Source: an uncultured Saprospiraceae bacterium (GTDB lineage: Bacteria > Bacteroidota > Bacteroidia > Chitinophagales > Saprospiraceae). Taken from it: DNA of 64,000 nt. Positions within the stretch are counted from its first letter, which is position 1; every line of letters starts with the position of its first letter. The position numbers and the translations under genes are program-made. The DNA lies in assembly GCA_964621185.1 (NCBI GenBank), contig CAZULM010000029.1:987-64986 (forward strand), written 5' to 3'. The notes under the pieces are model-generated. The model saw nothing but the letters and a program-made list of their open reading frames with translations, was not told the DNA's origin and did not search any database. Below are positions 34,501 through 44,177 of the stretch, piece by piece.

Positions 34501-37500
34501 TCACTCTACCACCACCCGCTTCACCCACCTGCCGCCTTCCGATAGCAGCTCCAACAGGTACACCCCGCCAGACAAATTGCCGACATCAACTTGTACCGAG
34601 TCCTTGCCCTCTGGTGCAGGTTCTTTCCAGTATGCGAGCAAGCAGCCGCCCATATCATACAAGCGGAACTGCACCGGGCTTGTCCACTCGGGGTTGATGC
34701 CCACCCTGAACTGGCCTTTGGTCGGGTTTGGGCTTATGGAAACCCCACCGGTCCACTGCGCCAGGTATTTCACATCGCGGCAAGCGGCGGCGTCGCACAG
34801 CTCGCCATTGCCCGCCGTGCGCACCACGTACATGCACACACTGTACACGCCGGGGCCGGAAAAGCTGTGCTCGTAGGCCGCATTGCCGATCGTCTGGCCT
34901 ACAACTGGTGTATCGGTAAAGTACCAATACACCACATCGCAGGCGCTGAGGGTGGCCTTGGGCTTGAAACTTGCCCTGTATGCAGCCGAATTCAGGTTCG
35001 TGTACGCGATGCCTTGGGCATGTATCTCTTCCATTGTATTGTCACAGACACAATTCAGGTCCTGGAAACAATCCGGCAATACGATGCAATCATAAAAATT
35101 GCAGCAATGGGTATGGTTGTCATCATCCAGGGTGTGCATGGCCACCGTGAAACATACCGTATCGCCAGCCATTGCGGGCGGGCCAATGGGCAAACTAAAT
35201 GCCTGGGTACCACCCGGCGGCAAGCCGCCGCCAAATACGATGGTCTGGTTGTACACGCCCAGCCCGGCAGGCGAAGTGAACACGATATGCGCTTCGCCCA
35301 TCGTATAGTTTGTGGTGTTGTGGATGATGCCCGAATAATTCCACCCTCCCGTGCCATCATCGCTACAGGTTATTGTTTCGCCTGAAATATACCCGCATGG
35401 CGGCTCGCAGTCCAGTTCAATCGTGTCGCGGCAAACTACCTGGTCGCCCTTCATCCATTTTATCTCCACCAGTTGGGGCGGCGCCTGGTTCGTTTGCACA
35501 CAAATTGTCGGCAAGGCAAAAACGCCCAAGGGGATGCTGCTGCCCAACGGCGCTACCACATCCAGCTGTATCATGGTGGGGCTGTAACTGCTTGTAAACC
35601 AACCGGAACCGAATGGATTGCTGATCGTCATGGTAGCCCCTGGCGTCAACATGCACAAGTTGATGCCGTCAAAATAGTTGGCCGCGTAGTTGTTGTAGAG
35701 CTTGATTTTGTAACAACAGGCATTCCCCCCTATCGGCGGAACGAGGTCAACATGCTCCACCCCGATGTCGTCGCAAGGCTGGCAGTCGGGAATTTCAATA
35801 CAATACAAGGTATCCAAGGAACAACATTGGGAAGTGTCGATGATGCCCGGCTCCCCATCGTGCGCCGTCAGGTTGAAACAAAACATCTGGCCTGCTATGT
35901 TCGGCCCGCTTAGTATGATGGAGTAGGTCTTGCACTGGCCCGGCAAAATGGGATCGGCACTGGCATCGATGAACGGCGGCGTGAGGATAATCCCCGGAGG
36001 GCTCACCGGATTGATGGCAATGTAGGTCACCGGGAACGGGCTGTCGATTGGATTGCAAACCGTAAGCGTGTACACCACCGTGGTATCATCGCAATAAATG
36101 GAGTCAGCGGCAATATACAGGCAGTCGGGCTCTACCGGACAGTCGAAAATCAGGGTATCCGAGCAAACAACGTTGAACTCAAAGTCATACCAATCAAAAA
36201 TAACCAGTTGCGGGAAATTCTGGACATTCGTCAGGCAAAATGTGATGAAGCTGTCCAATGTCCCCGTGGGCAACGGCGTGTTGAACGTGCTGTTCACCAG
36301 GCCAATATTGTTGCTGGCAATCGAAAAAACACTCAGGGCGGGATCGAGGCCGGCCAGGTCAAAATCAAAATCTGTGTCATCGCTGCGGATCACCAGTCCC
36401 AACAAACTGTCGAAGGGGTTGGTATAGGAAATCACCCAACAGCATGTATCGCCCTCAACCGGCTCCGCCGTCACCTCCAGCCCGTTGCAGCCGCAATCGA
36501 TCAAGACCAACATCAAAGAATCCGAAGTAAGGGAACAGCCAAAACTTGTAGTGCCCGTGCAACTATAGGTGCCGCTCTGGGTCACCACCAGGCATTGCAT
36601 GGTCGCGCCGGGGATGGGCACGCCGTTCTTGTTCCATTGGTACGATGCCAGGCCGCTCGGCCCGCAGATCGTATCCGGGTTGCAAGCTTCGTAACAGCCT
36701 ACCGGCACTATGCATAGGTCGGGCAATGGGTGTATGGTGGCGCTGGCCGTGCCTTGGCAGCCGCTGGTTGTGTCGGTACCGATGGCGATGTAGGTGCCGG
36801 CTTGCAATACGGTGATAGATGGCCCCGTGCCGCCATTGCTCCAGGCATACACCACATTTGCCTGTATGGGGCTGACCGTCAGGGTGTTCGGCGTGCCCGC
36901 GCAGCCATTGGGCGCTACGGTAATGCTGAATACCGGCGATGTTTTCAGCATCACGGTAACAGGCGCCGAAACAGCCGTGCAGCCGTTGGCATCGGTGACG
37001 CTCACGGAATACGCGGGCAGCAGGTTGTTGTCGCACACTTGTAAAGTCTGGCCTGTTTGCCCTGTTATCGGGCTCCCGCTTTGGTCGAGCCATTGGTAGG
37101 TAAAACCAGAGCCTGCGGGAGCGCTCAAGGTGGTGCAGCCGCTGTCACAGATTACGGGATTTCCCGAAATAAAAGCGGGCGGAGCGGGCAATATCACCAC
37201 GGTTACCGCGGGCGGCACAGTGGTGCAGCCAAAAGCATTGCCTACCGTGACGCTGTAGGTGCCGGCAGTGGTGGTCGTGATGCTTTGCGTGGTAGCGGAT
37301 GTTGACCACATCCAGGTGCTGCCAGCTGGCGCTGTGAGCGTGACCGTCGCGCCCGCGCAGACCGTCAGGCCGGGCGCTGCAGTTATCACGCCAGGAATTG
37401 CCGCAGGGTTGACCACCACGGCCAATGTGCCTGTATTGGTACACCCGAAAGCATCCGTTACCGTCAGGCCGACATTGAAGGTGCCGGCGCTGAGGTAGGT

Positions 37501-40500
37501 ATGCGACGGCGTGGGGCTCCCGTTGGTAGAGCCGTCGTTAAAATCCCAAGACCAGTTGATGTAGTTGCTCGGCGCGGCACTGAACATGACGGGTTCTCCC
37601 ACACATGCCGGGTTCGGGCTGGCGCTCAGCACGGGGGCCGGTGCGCCGCCGACGGTCACATTTTTGACTATCGTCGCCTGGCAGCCGCTCGCATTGCTGA
37701 CGGTCAGGGTGACGGAATAGGCGCCTGGCCCAGGATAGGTATGCACCGGGTTCTGCACGTTGTCGGTACCGGCATCGCCAAATGCCCAGGACCACATATT
37801 AGGGCCCTGACCGGGCATAAAGGTGCTCAGGTCGGTGAACGTTGCCGTCTCGCAAACGCTCGTTACGCTGAAATCTGCCACCAATGGGATGCACACCAAA
37901 TCGGTGAAAGACACTTCACAGAACCCTGTGCCGGGTGGTTTTTCCGGCACCAGGCCATATACAGTTGGTTTGACGCATCCTATTTGTGTGTAAGCATGGG
38001 TGGCATTGGCCAGCGTGCCGGTATTTGTGTTGCTGTTCGGATCGGCGAAATCCCAGCCGGTGAGGGTGACATTCGGGCTGGCTGTCACCGTAAAGTCCAC
38101 GATGTTGCAATCGGGCATTTGGTTGGCGGCGGTATAGCTAAGTGTGAACGGCTCGGGCTGGCAGGGCGGATCGGCCATACAGGTGTCTTGCACCACCAGC
38201 ACCATGTTGGAGGTGTTCATACAGCCGTTGGCGTCGGTCACTTTTACCCAGTAGGCAAAGGTGGCGGCCACATTGGTGTTCAGGTGTTTCAAAAAATCCT
38301 GGTTGGGCGGGAAACCCTGCGGTACGCCGTTGCAAAACCAGTTGAACGTATATCCAGGCCCATTTACAGCCGTCAGGAGGATGTCGGGCGGGTTGGGCGG
38401 AAGGATGCACAAGAGCGAGGTGCCAGCTGGTGAAATGGCCGCTGTCGGCCCCGGCAAAGCATTCGCCTGGTAATTGTCCACTGCCGTGCATTGGTTGTTG
38501 TCGGTGGTGGTGACCACATAGTTACCGCCTGTGGTAATGGTGATGGTTTGGGTGGTGGCGCTTGTTGACCAAACGTAATCAATAAATCCTGCGCCCGCAT
38601 CCAAGATCGCGGGAACACCTGGGCACAGAATGCCGCTCTGGGTGATGACGGGCACCACAGGCGGTATCACCGGTATGGATACGCTATGTGAAAGCATGGC
38701 ATTGCACAAAGTTACCGTGAGCGAGAGCGTGGCCGTGCCGGGAACGTTGTTCCATTGAACCTGAATGTTCGGGCTGCCCTGCCCGCCGACCACGCTGCCG
38801 AGGTTGGCAGGCGTCACCGTCCAGGTGAACACGGCATCCGGGTGCTGTGCAGGGCCGGCATTGTAGGTTTTTACGCTGTTGATGCAGGCGGGCGGGCCGG
38901 CAATCGTCAGCGGGCCTGCGAGCAGTTTTGGCAGCACCGTGAGCTGGATGGGATCAGACATGCAGTAGGGCGCTGCGATGCTCGATTGGCTGAGCGACAG
39001 GGTGTAGGGCCCTGTAGCATTCCAGGTGACTACCACCGGGTTGCCGGTGAAGGAAGCGGGGGTTCCGCCCGTGACGGTCCAGTTGAACGCAACACCCGTT
39101 TGGCTGCTGTGGCCGAAATAGGTATAAGTGTCGCCCGGGCATATCTCATCGGGGCCGCTGATGCTGTCGGGCGGCGGCATTTCCTGCACCTGTATCACCT
39201 TGGTGACCATCATGTTGCAATAAACGGCGGGGTTGGTCGGCACGGCTTTTACGACAAAGCTGCCGGGGCCGCTGGTCCAGCTCACGGTAATGTTGTTGGT
39301 GCCCTGGCCTGTAAATGGCGCTGCGGGCGTGACGGTCCAGGTATAGGTAGCGGATGGCGCCGCCGTAGCCACAAAGCTGGAACTGGAGTTCAGGCATACG
39401 ATGCCGGGAACCGGGCCCGTCACGTCGAAGCGGGGCTTTATGTTAACGGTCAAGGTGGCAGTGCCTTTGCAATCGTCATCGTCGTGGCCGGGCAAGCCGC
39501 CCAGGAAATTGCTGTAATAGTTCAGCGTGATGGTGCCAACGGGCCCCGGGCCCCATTGAATGGTCACCGTGTTGGTGCCCTGGCCTGCGGTCACGACACC
39601 GCCCGAAACCATCCAGTCGTAGTACGTGCTTGCCCATTTCTGAACGGTATAGGTAGCAGTGGCGTTTTGGCAAACATCCACCGGCCCGTTGATGGGCGTA
39701 GTGCTGGGTATTATCGGCACGGTGATGGAAACGGTGTCGTTGCAGTACAAGCTGTCGCAACCGTTCACGTAGAGCGATACCGTGCCGATTGGGCCGTTGC
39801 CCCATTGCACGCATATCGTGTCGTTGCCCTGGCCGGTGAAGGGATATGGAAGGCCGTTTTCATCCAAAACGCCCCAATAATAGGCGCCGCAATTGGCAGC
39901 ATCCGTCCAGTATTTGCTGCTGTCGCCGGCGCAAAGGGTTGAAATGCAGTAAATATTTGGCCCCGGTAGCGAATCCACGGTCACCTCCATGCAGATCGAA
40001 TCGGTACAGCAGCAAAGCGGGTGTCCCTGCGGGTCAAAATTGTTGCGGGTGACGTACAGGCATACCGTGTACGTCCCTGGCGCGTTGTAGGTGTGCGACA
40101 TTTCGAACATCGTGGAGGTGCTGCCGTCGCCATAATCCCAGAAATAGGTGCTGCCCCCTGTGGAGGTGTTTTGGAAACTGATGGGCGAGCCCAGGCAAAC
40201 ATTCGCGTCTGCCACCTGGAAATCGGCGACAGGGCCTTCCAATATCTCAACGCAAGCCACGACCACCGTGGTTTGGTTGTTGCTGTCGGTAATCGTCAGC
40301 GTCACCGCGCCGTTGCCCATGGGGCCCCAGGTCACCAAGATCTGTGCGGGATTGGCGCCTGTTACAAAAGTGCCACCGGTAACTGCCCAGGTGTAGGTGC
40401 TGCTGGGGTCATAATTGATGAAATACGTCGATTGTGCATTTTCACAGGCATAAGCGCAGCCAGGCGGAGGCCCGCCAGCCGGGTCTGTTGGCCCGGCATA

Positions 40501-40878
40501 GTCCTCCATGTTCACGAAAAAGCAGTCCGGCTTGGGGCATTTTACGGTGACATTTATTTCTGCCACGCAGGTCTGCGCGCTACAGTTCTCGTATCGGTAG
40601 CGGAGTTTGTGTACGCCACAGCAGTCGGTTCCGCCGATAAAAAAGAATGCCCCGTCCTGTTTGAGTTCGAAACAGGGGTTCTGGCCTATCAAAAATACGG
40701 GCAGCATCAAGCCCTGGGGGATGCTGTCGTTGGTTTTGACGTTGAACATGAAGTTCTGGCCCACCATGATGCAAAGGCTGTCGTCAACGGCGACGATGCC
40801 GCCTGGTTGGCTCTTGGAAATGGCGGGGAGAAAAAAAAGGGCGGGGTACAAGAGGCAAGCAATAATAAAGGTCCGCAT
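34501..40878 (-). CDS. Giant (2125 aa) surface protein with PKD and Ig-like repeats, Cys-rich modules and T9SS type-A CTD
   Basis: Signal peptide MRTFIIACLLYPALFFLPAISKSQ. PKD signatures: FWDYGDGSTS..HTYNAPGTYTV, WDFNDGSTNGSPTPSHTY. C-terminus ISPNPTKGQFRV...GVYLLELL. Confidence 0.85.
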   Translation of the reverse strand: MRTFIIACLLYPALFFLPAISKSQPGGIVAVDDSLCIMVGQNFMFNVKTNDSIPQGLMLPVFLIGQNPCFELKQDGAFFFIGGTDCCGVHKLRYRYENCSAQTCVAEINVTVKCPKPDCFFVNMEDYAGPTDPAGGPPPGCAYACENAQSTYFINYDPSSTYTWAVTGGTFVTGANPAQILVTWGPMGNGAVTLTITDSNNQTTVVVACVEILEGPVADFQVADANVCLGSPISFQNTSTGGSTYFWDYGDGSTSTMFEMSHTYNAPGTYTVCLYVTRNNFDPQGHPLCCCTDSICMEVTVDSLPGPNIYCISTLCAGDSSKYWTDAANCGAYYWGVLDENGLPYPFTGQGNDTICVQWGNGPIGTVSLYVNGCDSLYCNDTVSITVPIIPSTTPINGPVDVCQNATATYTVQKWASTYYDWMVSGGVVTAGQGTNTVTIQWGPGPVGTITLNYYSNFLGGLPGHDDDDCKGTATLTVNIKPRFDVTGPVPGIVCLNSSSSFVATAAPSATYTWTVTPAAPFTGQGTNNITVSWTSGPGSFVVKAVPTNPAVYCNMMVTKVIQVQEMPPPDSISGPDEICPGDTYTYFGHSSQTGVAFNWTVTGGTPASFTGNPVVVTWNATGPYTLSLSQSSIAAPYCMSDPIQLTVLPKLLAGPLTIAGPPACINSVKTYNAGPAQHPDAVFTWTVTPANLGSVVGGQGSPNIQVQWNNVPGTATLSLTVTLCNAMLSHSVSIPVIPPVVPVITQSGILCPGVPAILDAGAGFIDYVWSTSATTQTITITTGGNYVVTTTDNNQCTAVDNYQANALPGPTAAISPAGTSLLCILPPNPPDILLTAVNGPGYTFNWFCNGVPQGFPPNQDFLKHLNTNVAATFAYWVKVTDANGCMNTSNMVLVVQDTCMADPPCQPEPFTLSYTAANQMPDCNIVDFTVTASPNVTLTGWDFADPNSNTNTGTLANATHAYTQIGCVKPTVYGLVPEKPPGTGFCEVSFTDLVCIPLVADFSVTSVCETATFTDLSTFMPGQGPNMWSWAFGDAGTDNVQNPVHTYPGPGAYSVTLTVSNASGCQATIVKNVTVGGAPAPVLSASPNPACVGEPVMFSAAPSNYINWSWDFNDGSTNGSPTPSHTYLSAGTFNVGLTVTDAFGCTNTGTLAVVVNPAAIPGVITAAPGLTVCAGATVTLTAPAGSTWMWSTSATTQSITTTTAGTYSVTVGNAFGCTTVPPAVTVVILPAPPAFISGNPVICDSGCTTLSAPAGSGFTYQWLDQSGSPITGQTGQTLQVCDNNLLPAYSVSVTDANGCTAVSAPVTVMLKTSPVFSITVAPNGCAGTPNTLTVSPIQANVVYAWSNGGTGPSITVLQAGTYIAIGTDTTSGCQGTASATIHPLPDLCIVPVGCYEACNPDTICGPSGLASYQWNKNGVPIPGATMQCLVVTQSGTYSCTGTTSFGCSLTSDSLMLVLIDCGCNGLEVTAEPVEGDTCCWVISYTNPFDSLLGLVIRSDDTDFDFDLAGLDPALSVFSIASNNIGLVNSTFNTPLPTGTLDSFITFCLTNVQNFPQLVIFDWYDFEFNVVCSDTLIFDCPVEPDCLYIAADSIYCDDTTVVYTLTVCNPIDSPFPVTYIAINPVSPPGIILTPPFIDASADPILPGQCKTYSIILSGPNIAGQMFCFNLTAHDGEPGIIDTSQCCSLDTLYCIEIPDCQPCDDIGVEHVDLVPPIGGNACCYKIKLYNNYAANYFDGINLCMLTPGATMTISNPFGSGWFTSSYSPTMIQLDVVAPLGSSIPLGVFALPTICVQTNQAPPQLVEIKWMKGDQVVCRDTIELDCEPPCGYISGETITCSDDGTGGWNYSGIIHNTTNYTMGEAHIVFTSPAGLGVYNQTIVFGGGLPPGGTQAFSLPIGPPAMAGDTVCFTVAMHTLDDDNHTHCCNFYDCIVLPDCFQDLNCVCDNTMEEIHAQGIAYTNLNSAAYRASFKPKATLSACDVVYWYFTDTPVVGQTIGNAAYEHSFSGPGVYSVCMYVVRTAGNGELCDAAACRDVKYLAQWTGGVSISPNPTKGQFRVGINPEWTSPVQFRLYDMGGCLLAYWKEPAPEGKDSVQVDVGNLSGGVYLLELLSEGGRWVKRVVVE

Positions 40879-40946
40879 AAAATTGGTGTTTAATGATTAA
40901 AGGATCTTGTTTCAATATTTTATTAGGCATATTCCAAGGCTAATTC

Positions 40947-40954
40947 CAAACTTA
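40947..40954 (-). promoter_or_regulatory. Candidate -7 box (TAAGTTTG on the minus strand)
   Basis: 69 nt upstream of the start at 40878. Confidence 0.3.
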
Positions 40955-41116
40955 TTTTGAAAAAAACCTAAAAATCAACAACAAATTTAGTGCCTTATTT
41001 TTCATACAAAAGAAATCACAATAAAAAACAAGGCCATGCTTGCATGTGCAAGAACTTTTATATTTTGCTGCGCCTAATCTGTGTAAAACCCATCCTTCAT
41101 CCTTAAATCGTATTTT

Positions 41117-43807
41117 ATGCAAAACCTTACCCTTCCGCTTCCAAAATTTTTGAACAACAGCGTGTTAAAAAGATGTTGCCTGCCCTTTTTCCTGGTTTTT
41201 TTCGCACTGGCATTTTTATCTGGAAACGCCTACGCCCAGACAAACCGGGTGAAAAAAGTCGTCATGCAGGGCTTTTGGTGGGACTACCGCAACGACAACT
41301 TTCCCAATAAATGGAGCAACTACCTCACCGAACTGGCGCCCCGGCTCAAGTCGATGGGCATCGATGCCGTGTGGGTGCCGGCATCGTACAAAAACGGCTC
41401 CACCGGCTCGGTCGGGTACAGCCCGATGGACCATTACGACCTGGGCGACAAGTACCAAAAAGGCGGCTCCGACTCGCTCAACGTGCGCACGCGCATGGGC
41501 AACAAAGACGAGTTCCTGCGCATGGTCGGCGTGCTGCACGCCAATGGCATCGAGGTGATCGAAGACGTGGTGCTCAACCACGTGGACGGCGCCGGCGCAA
41601 ACTCGGGCGCGGGCGGGCAAGACCCGGAGCCAACCTATTCCATGGCCAACTCCAATGGCTACAAAAACTTCCGTTATGTTTCCTACGCCACGCCATTGGT
41701 AGATGAATCGCAGAACGACTACTGGACCCGCGCTGGGCGCTGGCCCAAAAACTACCCCAATTTTTACCCCAACCTGAACAATAACTGCACCTCGGGCGAC
41801 ATCTGCTCGGCGTTCTTCGGGCCCGACATTTCCTACGAAAGCAGCGCTTACGGGCAAAGCTCCAACATCCCCACATCCGGCACGGCCACCTTCAGCGGCG
41901 TTACCCGGGCCTACGTGAACCCCGCTCAAAGCGCCAACCACATGCGCGACAACGCCCGTAACTGGATCATGTGGTACAAAAAACAAACCGGCGTGGATGG
42001 CTGGCGCTGGGATGCCGTCAAGCACTTCCCGATCTATGTGCAGGAAGACCTGATATACAACACCAAATACGTGCTGCCCTCCTTTGCACAGGGCGGAGAG
42101 GCCATGTTGAACATCGGCGAATGGATCGGCACCAAATCAGAGCTCGACAACTATGTGCTGAATGTGCGCAGCGGCGTCGAGGAGCATACCGGCACCTTCG
42201 ATTTTGCCCTGCGCGGGTACAGCGGCAGCGGCAGCCTTTACAGCATGGTGCTGAGCCAGGGAAGCTACAACATGCAGAGCATCCCCGGCGAGCAACAGGA
42301 CAAGCGCTACTACAACTATTCCACCCAGCGCGTGCACCGCACCTGCCCCTTCGTGAACAACCACGACACTTTCCGGCCCATTCTGCTCTCCAACGGCAAC
42401 TATTCCCAGCCCCTTGGGAACAACAGCGGCTGGAATACCGGCCAGGAACTCGGCGGCAACGGCCAGCACATCGACCCGCGCGAGCCGCGCCTGTACGCCG
42501 CCTACGCCACCATCTTTGCGGTGGACGGCAACCCTACCGTGTTTTTTGAAGACCTGTTCGACCTGGGCACCACGGGCAAGCGCTTCAGCCACCTGCCCAC
42601 CAGCACCACCGACCTGCCCGTGCGCAACGACATCGTGAACATCATACAAGCGCACCAAAAATTAGCCTACAAAGACGGCGATTACGGGGTGCCGACCAGC
42701 CTCACCGGCAGCCAGGCGCCCTACTACCAGAAAGGCAGCAGCGGCGACCATCTCGTGATCGAGCGCAACGAAAAAGCCCTGATCGGCATCACCGATTTTT
42801 ACAACACCGCTTCCAACAACACTCAAGACCAGGAAGTATGGGTATCTGTGGGCAACACAGGCTGGTACAATACCGACCTGTACGACTATTCCGGCGCGCA
42901 CGGCGTTGCGACGACCCGCGTCTATGGCGATGGCCGCGTTTTGATAAAAACCGCCCCCGTGGGCCATACAATCTCCGGGGCAAGGGGCCACGGCTATTCC
43001 ATCTGGGCGCCAAAGCCCAGCGGGGTCACGTTCAATACCGTGCAGGACATGTACAACTACCTGGCGACCTACGCGCCATCGCGCAGCACCCAATCGATTG
43101 TGGAATGGGAAATGGCCGACGACCTGGGCGACAGCCACGCAAAATCATTGAAACAGGGCGGCAAATTGCCCAACAATTCTACTGCCCAGCGCACGGCCGG
43201 GCGTTTGTACGTCGCCAGCGGACAGGCTATCACCTGCAAGGTCTATCCAGAAGTGGATGGCCGCACGCTCAATATCGCCATTTACAACGCCGCCGGCACT
43301 ACCCTGCTGCAGCAAGCGACCGGGGTTGCCACGGCTGCAGCGCCGCTGACCATCACCCACAACCCGGCTTCTTCCAAATGGGTGACAATCAAGGTGAAAA
43401 ACGCGAACACTTCCCAATTGGGGCAAAAAGTTTGGGTCAATACCACCTACACCGCGCCGGCGACCGTGAACACACGGACCTCGCCCGGCAACCTGGAGCA
43501 AACGGACGAAGGCGGCACCGTGACAAGCACCCCGGAATTGGCATCTCCCAACCCGGCTTCCATTGCTGTGCACCCCAACCCAAGCGGCGGCCGCGTCGAA
43601 TTCGTGGCCACAGGCATCTCCGATCTGGAGGAAATGCGGGTTGAGCTTTTCGACTTGAACGGGAAACTCCTGATTGAAACCCGTGGGAAGCTCAGCAATG
43701 TGCAGGATGCCTTCAACCGGAACTTTGAGCCTTTAAAAGCAGGGGTGTACTTGCTGCGGGTGCAGTCGGAGTCGGTAAGGGAGGAGATAAAGCTCGTGAA
43801 ATTATAG
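41117..43807 (+). CDS. GH13 alpha-amylase with C-terminal extension and T9SS type-A CTD
   Basis: GH13 regions DVVLNHV, GWRWDAVKH, GEWIG, FVNNHD. C-terminus VHPNPSGGRVEF...GVYLLRV. Confidence 0.9.
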   Translation: MQNLTLPLPKFLNNSVLKRCCLPFFLVFFALAFLSGNAYAQTNRVKKVVMQGFWWDYRNDNFPNKWSNYLTELAPRLKSMGIDAVWVPASYKNGSTGSVGYSPMDHYDLGDKYQKGGSDSLNVRTRMGNKDEFLRMVGVLHANGIEVIEDVVLNHVDGAGANSGAGGQDPEPTYSMANSNGYKNFRYVSYATPLVDESQNDYWTRAGRWPKNYPNFYPNLNNNCTSGDICSAFFGPDISYESSAYGQSSNIPTSGTATFSGVTRAYVNPAQSANHMRDNARNWIMWYKKQTGVDGWRWDAVKHFPIYVQEDLIYNTKYVLPSFAQGGEAMLNIGEWIGTKSELDNYVLNVRSGVEEHTGTFDFALRGYSGSGSLYSMVLSQGSYNMQSIPGEQQDKRYYNYSTQRVHRTCPFVNNHDTFRPILLSNGNYSQPLGNNSGWNTGQELGGNGQHIDPREPRLYAAYATIFAVDGNPTVFFEDLFDLGTTGKRFSHLPTSTTDLPVRNDIVNIIQAHQKLAYKDGDYGVPTSLTGSQAPYYQKGSSGDHLVIERNEKALIGITDFYNTASNNTQDQEVWVSVGNTGWYNTDLYDYSGAHGVATTRVYGDGRVLIKTAPVGHTISGARGHGYSIWAPKPSGVTFNTVQDMYNYLATYAPSRSTQSIVEWEMADDLGDSHAKSLKQGGKLPNNSTAQRTAGRLYVASGQAITCKVYPEVDGRTLNIAIYNAAGTTLLQQATGVATAAAPLTITHNPASSKWVTIKVKNANTSQLGQKVWVNTTYTAPATVNTRTSPGNLEQTDEGGTVTSTPELASPNPASIAVHPNPSGGRVEFVATGISDLEEMRVELFDLNGKLLIETRGKLSNVQDAFNRNFEPLKAGVYLLRVQSESVREEIKLVKL

Positions 43808-43873
43808 CGGAGAGCCTTGACGCAGATCGGCATGTGGGGAACCAACATTGCCCAAGGGTCACAGGTTCATGCT

Positions 43874-44031
43874 AGTGCCGCGTCCGGCAAATGACCCGTG
43901 AATTGAGGCGGCAGATTTTTGTTCATCAAGGCGTGAGGGGGGCGCAATGGGGGACATTGTAACCGACGAACAACGCAGCGGAACGGAAAATATGGCCGTC
44001 GATTCATGGGTCATTTGCCGGACGTGGCACT
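43874..44031 (+). repeat. Copy 1 of a ~160-bp hairpin-forming (MITE-like or structured-RNA) element
   Basis: Terminal arms agtgccgcgtccggcaaatgaccc / gggtcatttgccggacgtggcact. About 85% identical internally to 61810-61970. Confidence 0.8.
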
Positions 44032-44177
44032 AGGCCCCCTCATCACCGGAGATGTCTGGCGTGGTGGCAACATCTTTTATCAGAAGTCAAATATTTGGCA
44101 CAATTTGCACAAAAAACCGACAAACCCCTTCAAAAGCGCTACTTTGGCTGTTATTATTTCAGTTCAAAGTGGAAACT

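Noticed and set aside
34591-40893. Multiple 100-400-aa plus-strand ORFs (for example 37501-38433, 38755-39942, 40021-40893) inside the giant minus-strand gene
   Set aside because: All are antisense to one continuous 2125-aa ORF that has a signal peptide, PKD domains and a CTD. Their products are G/R/A-rich with no motifs.
44052-44177. ORF-track start of the adhesin at 44052
   Set aside because: The first 42 codons have no signal-peptide character. The ATG at 44178 opens a canonical signal peptide (MKKIYTINLLQKALLCLVFLLPATVFS).
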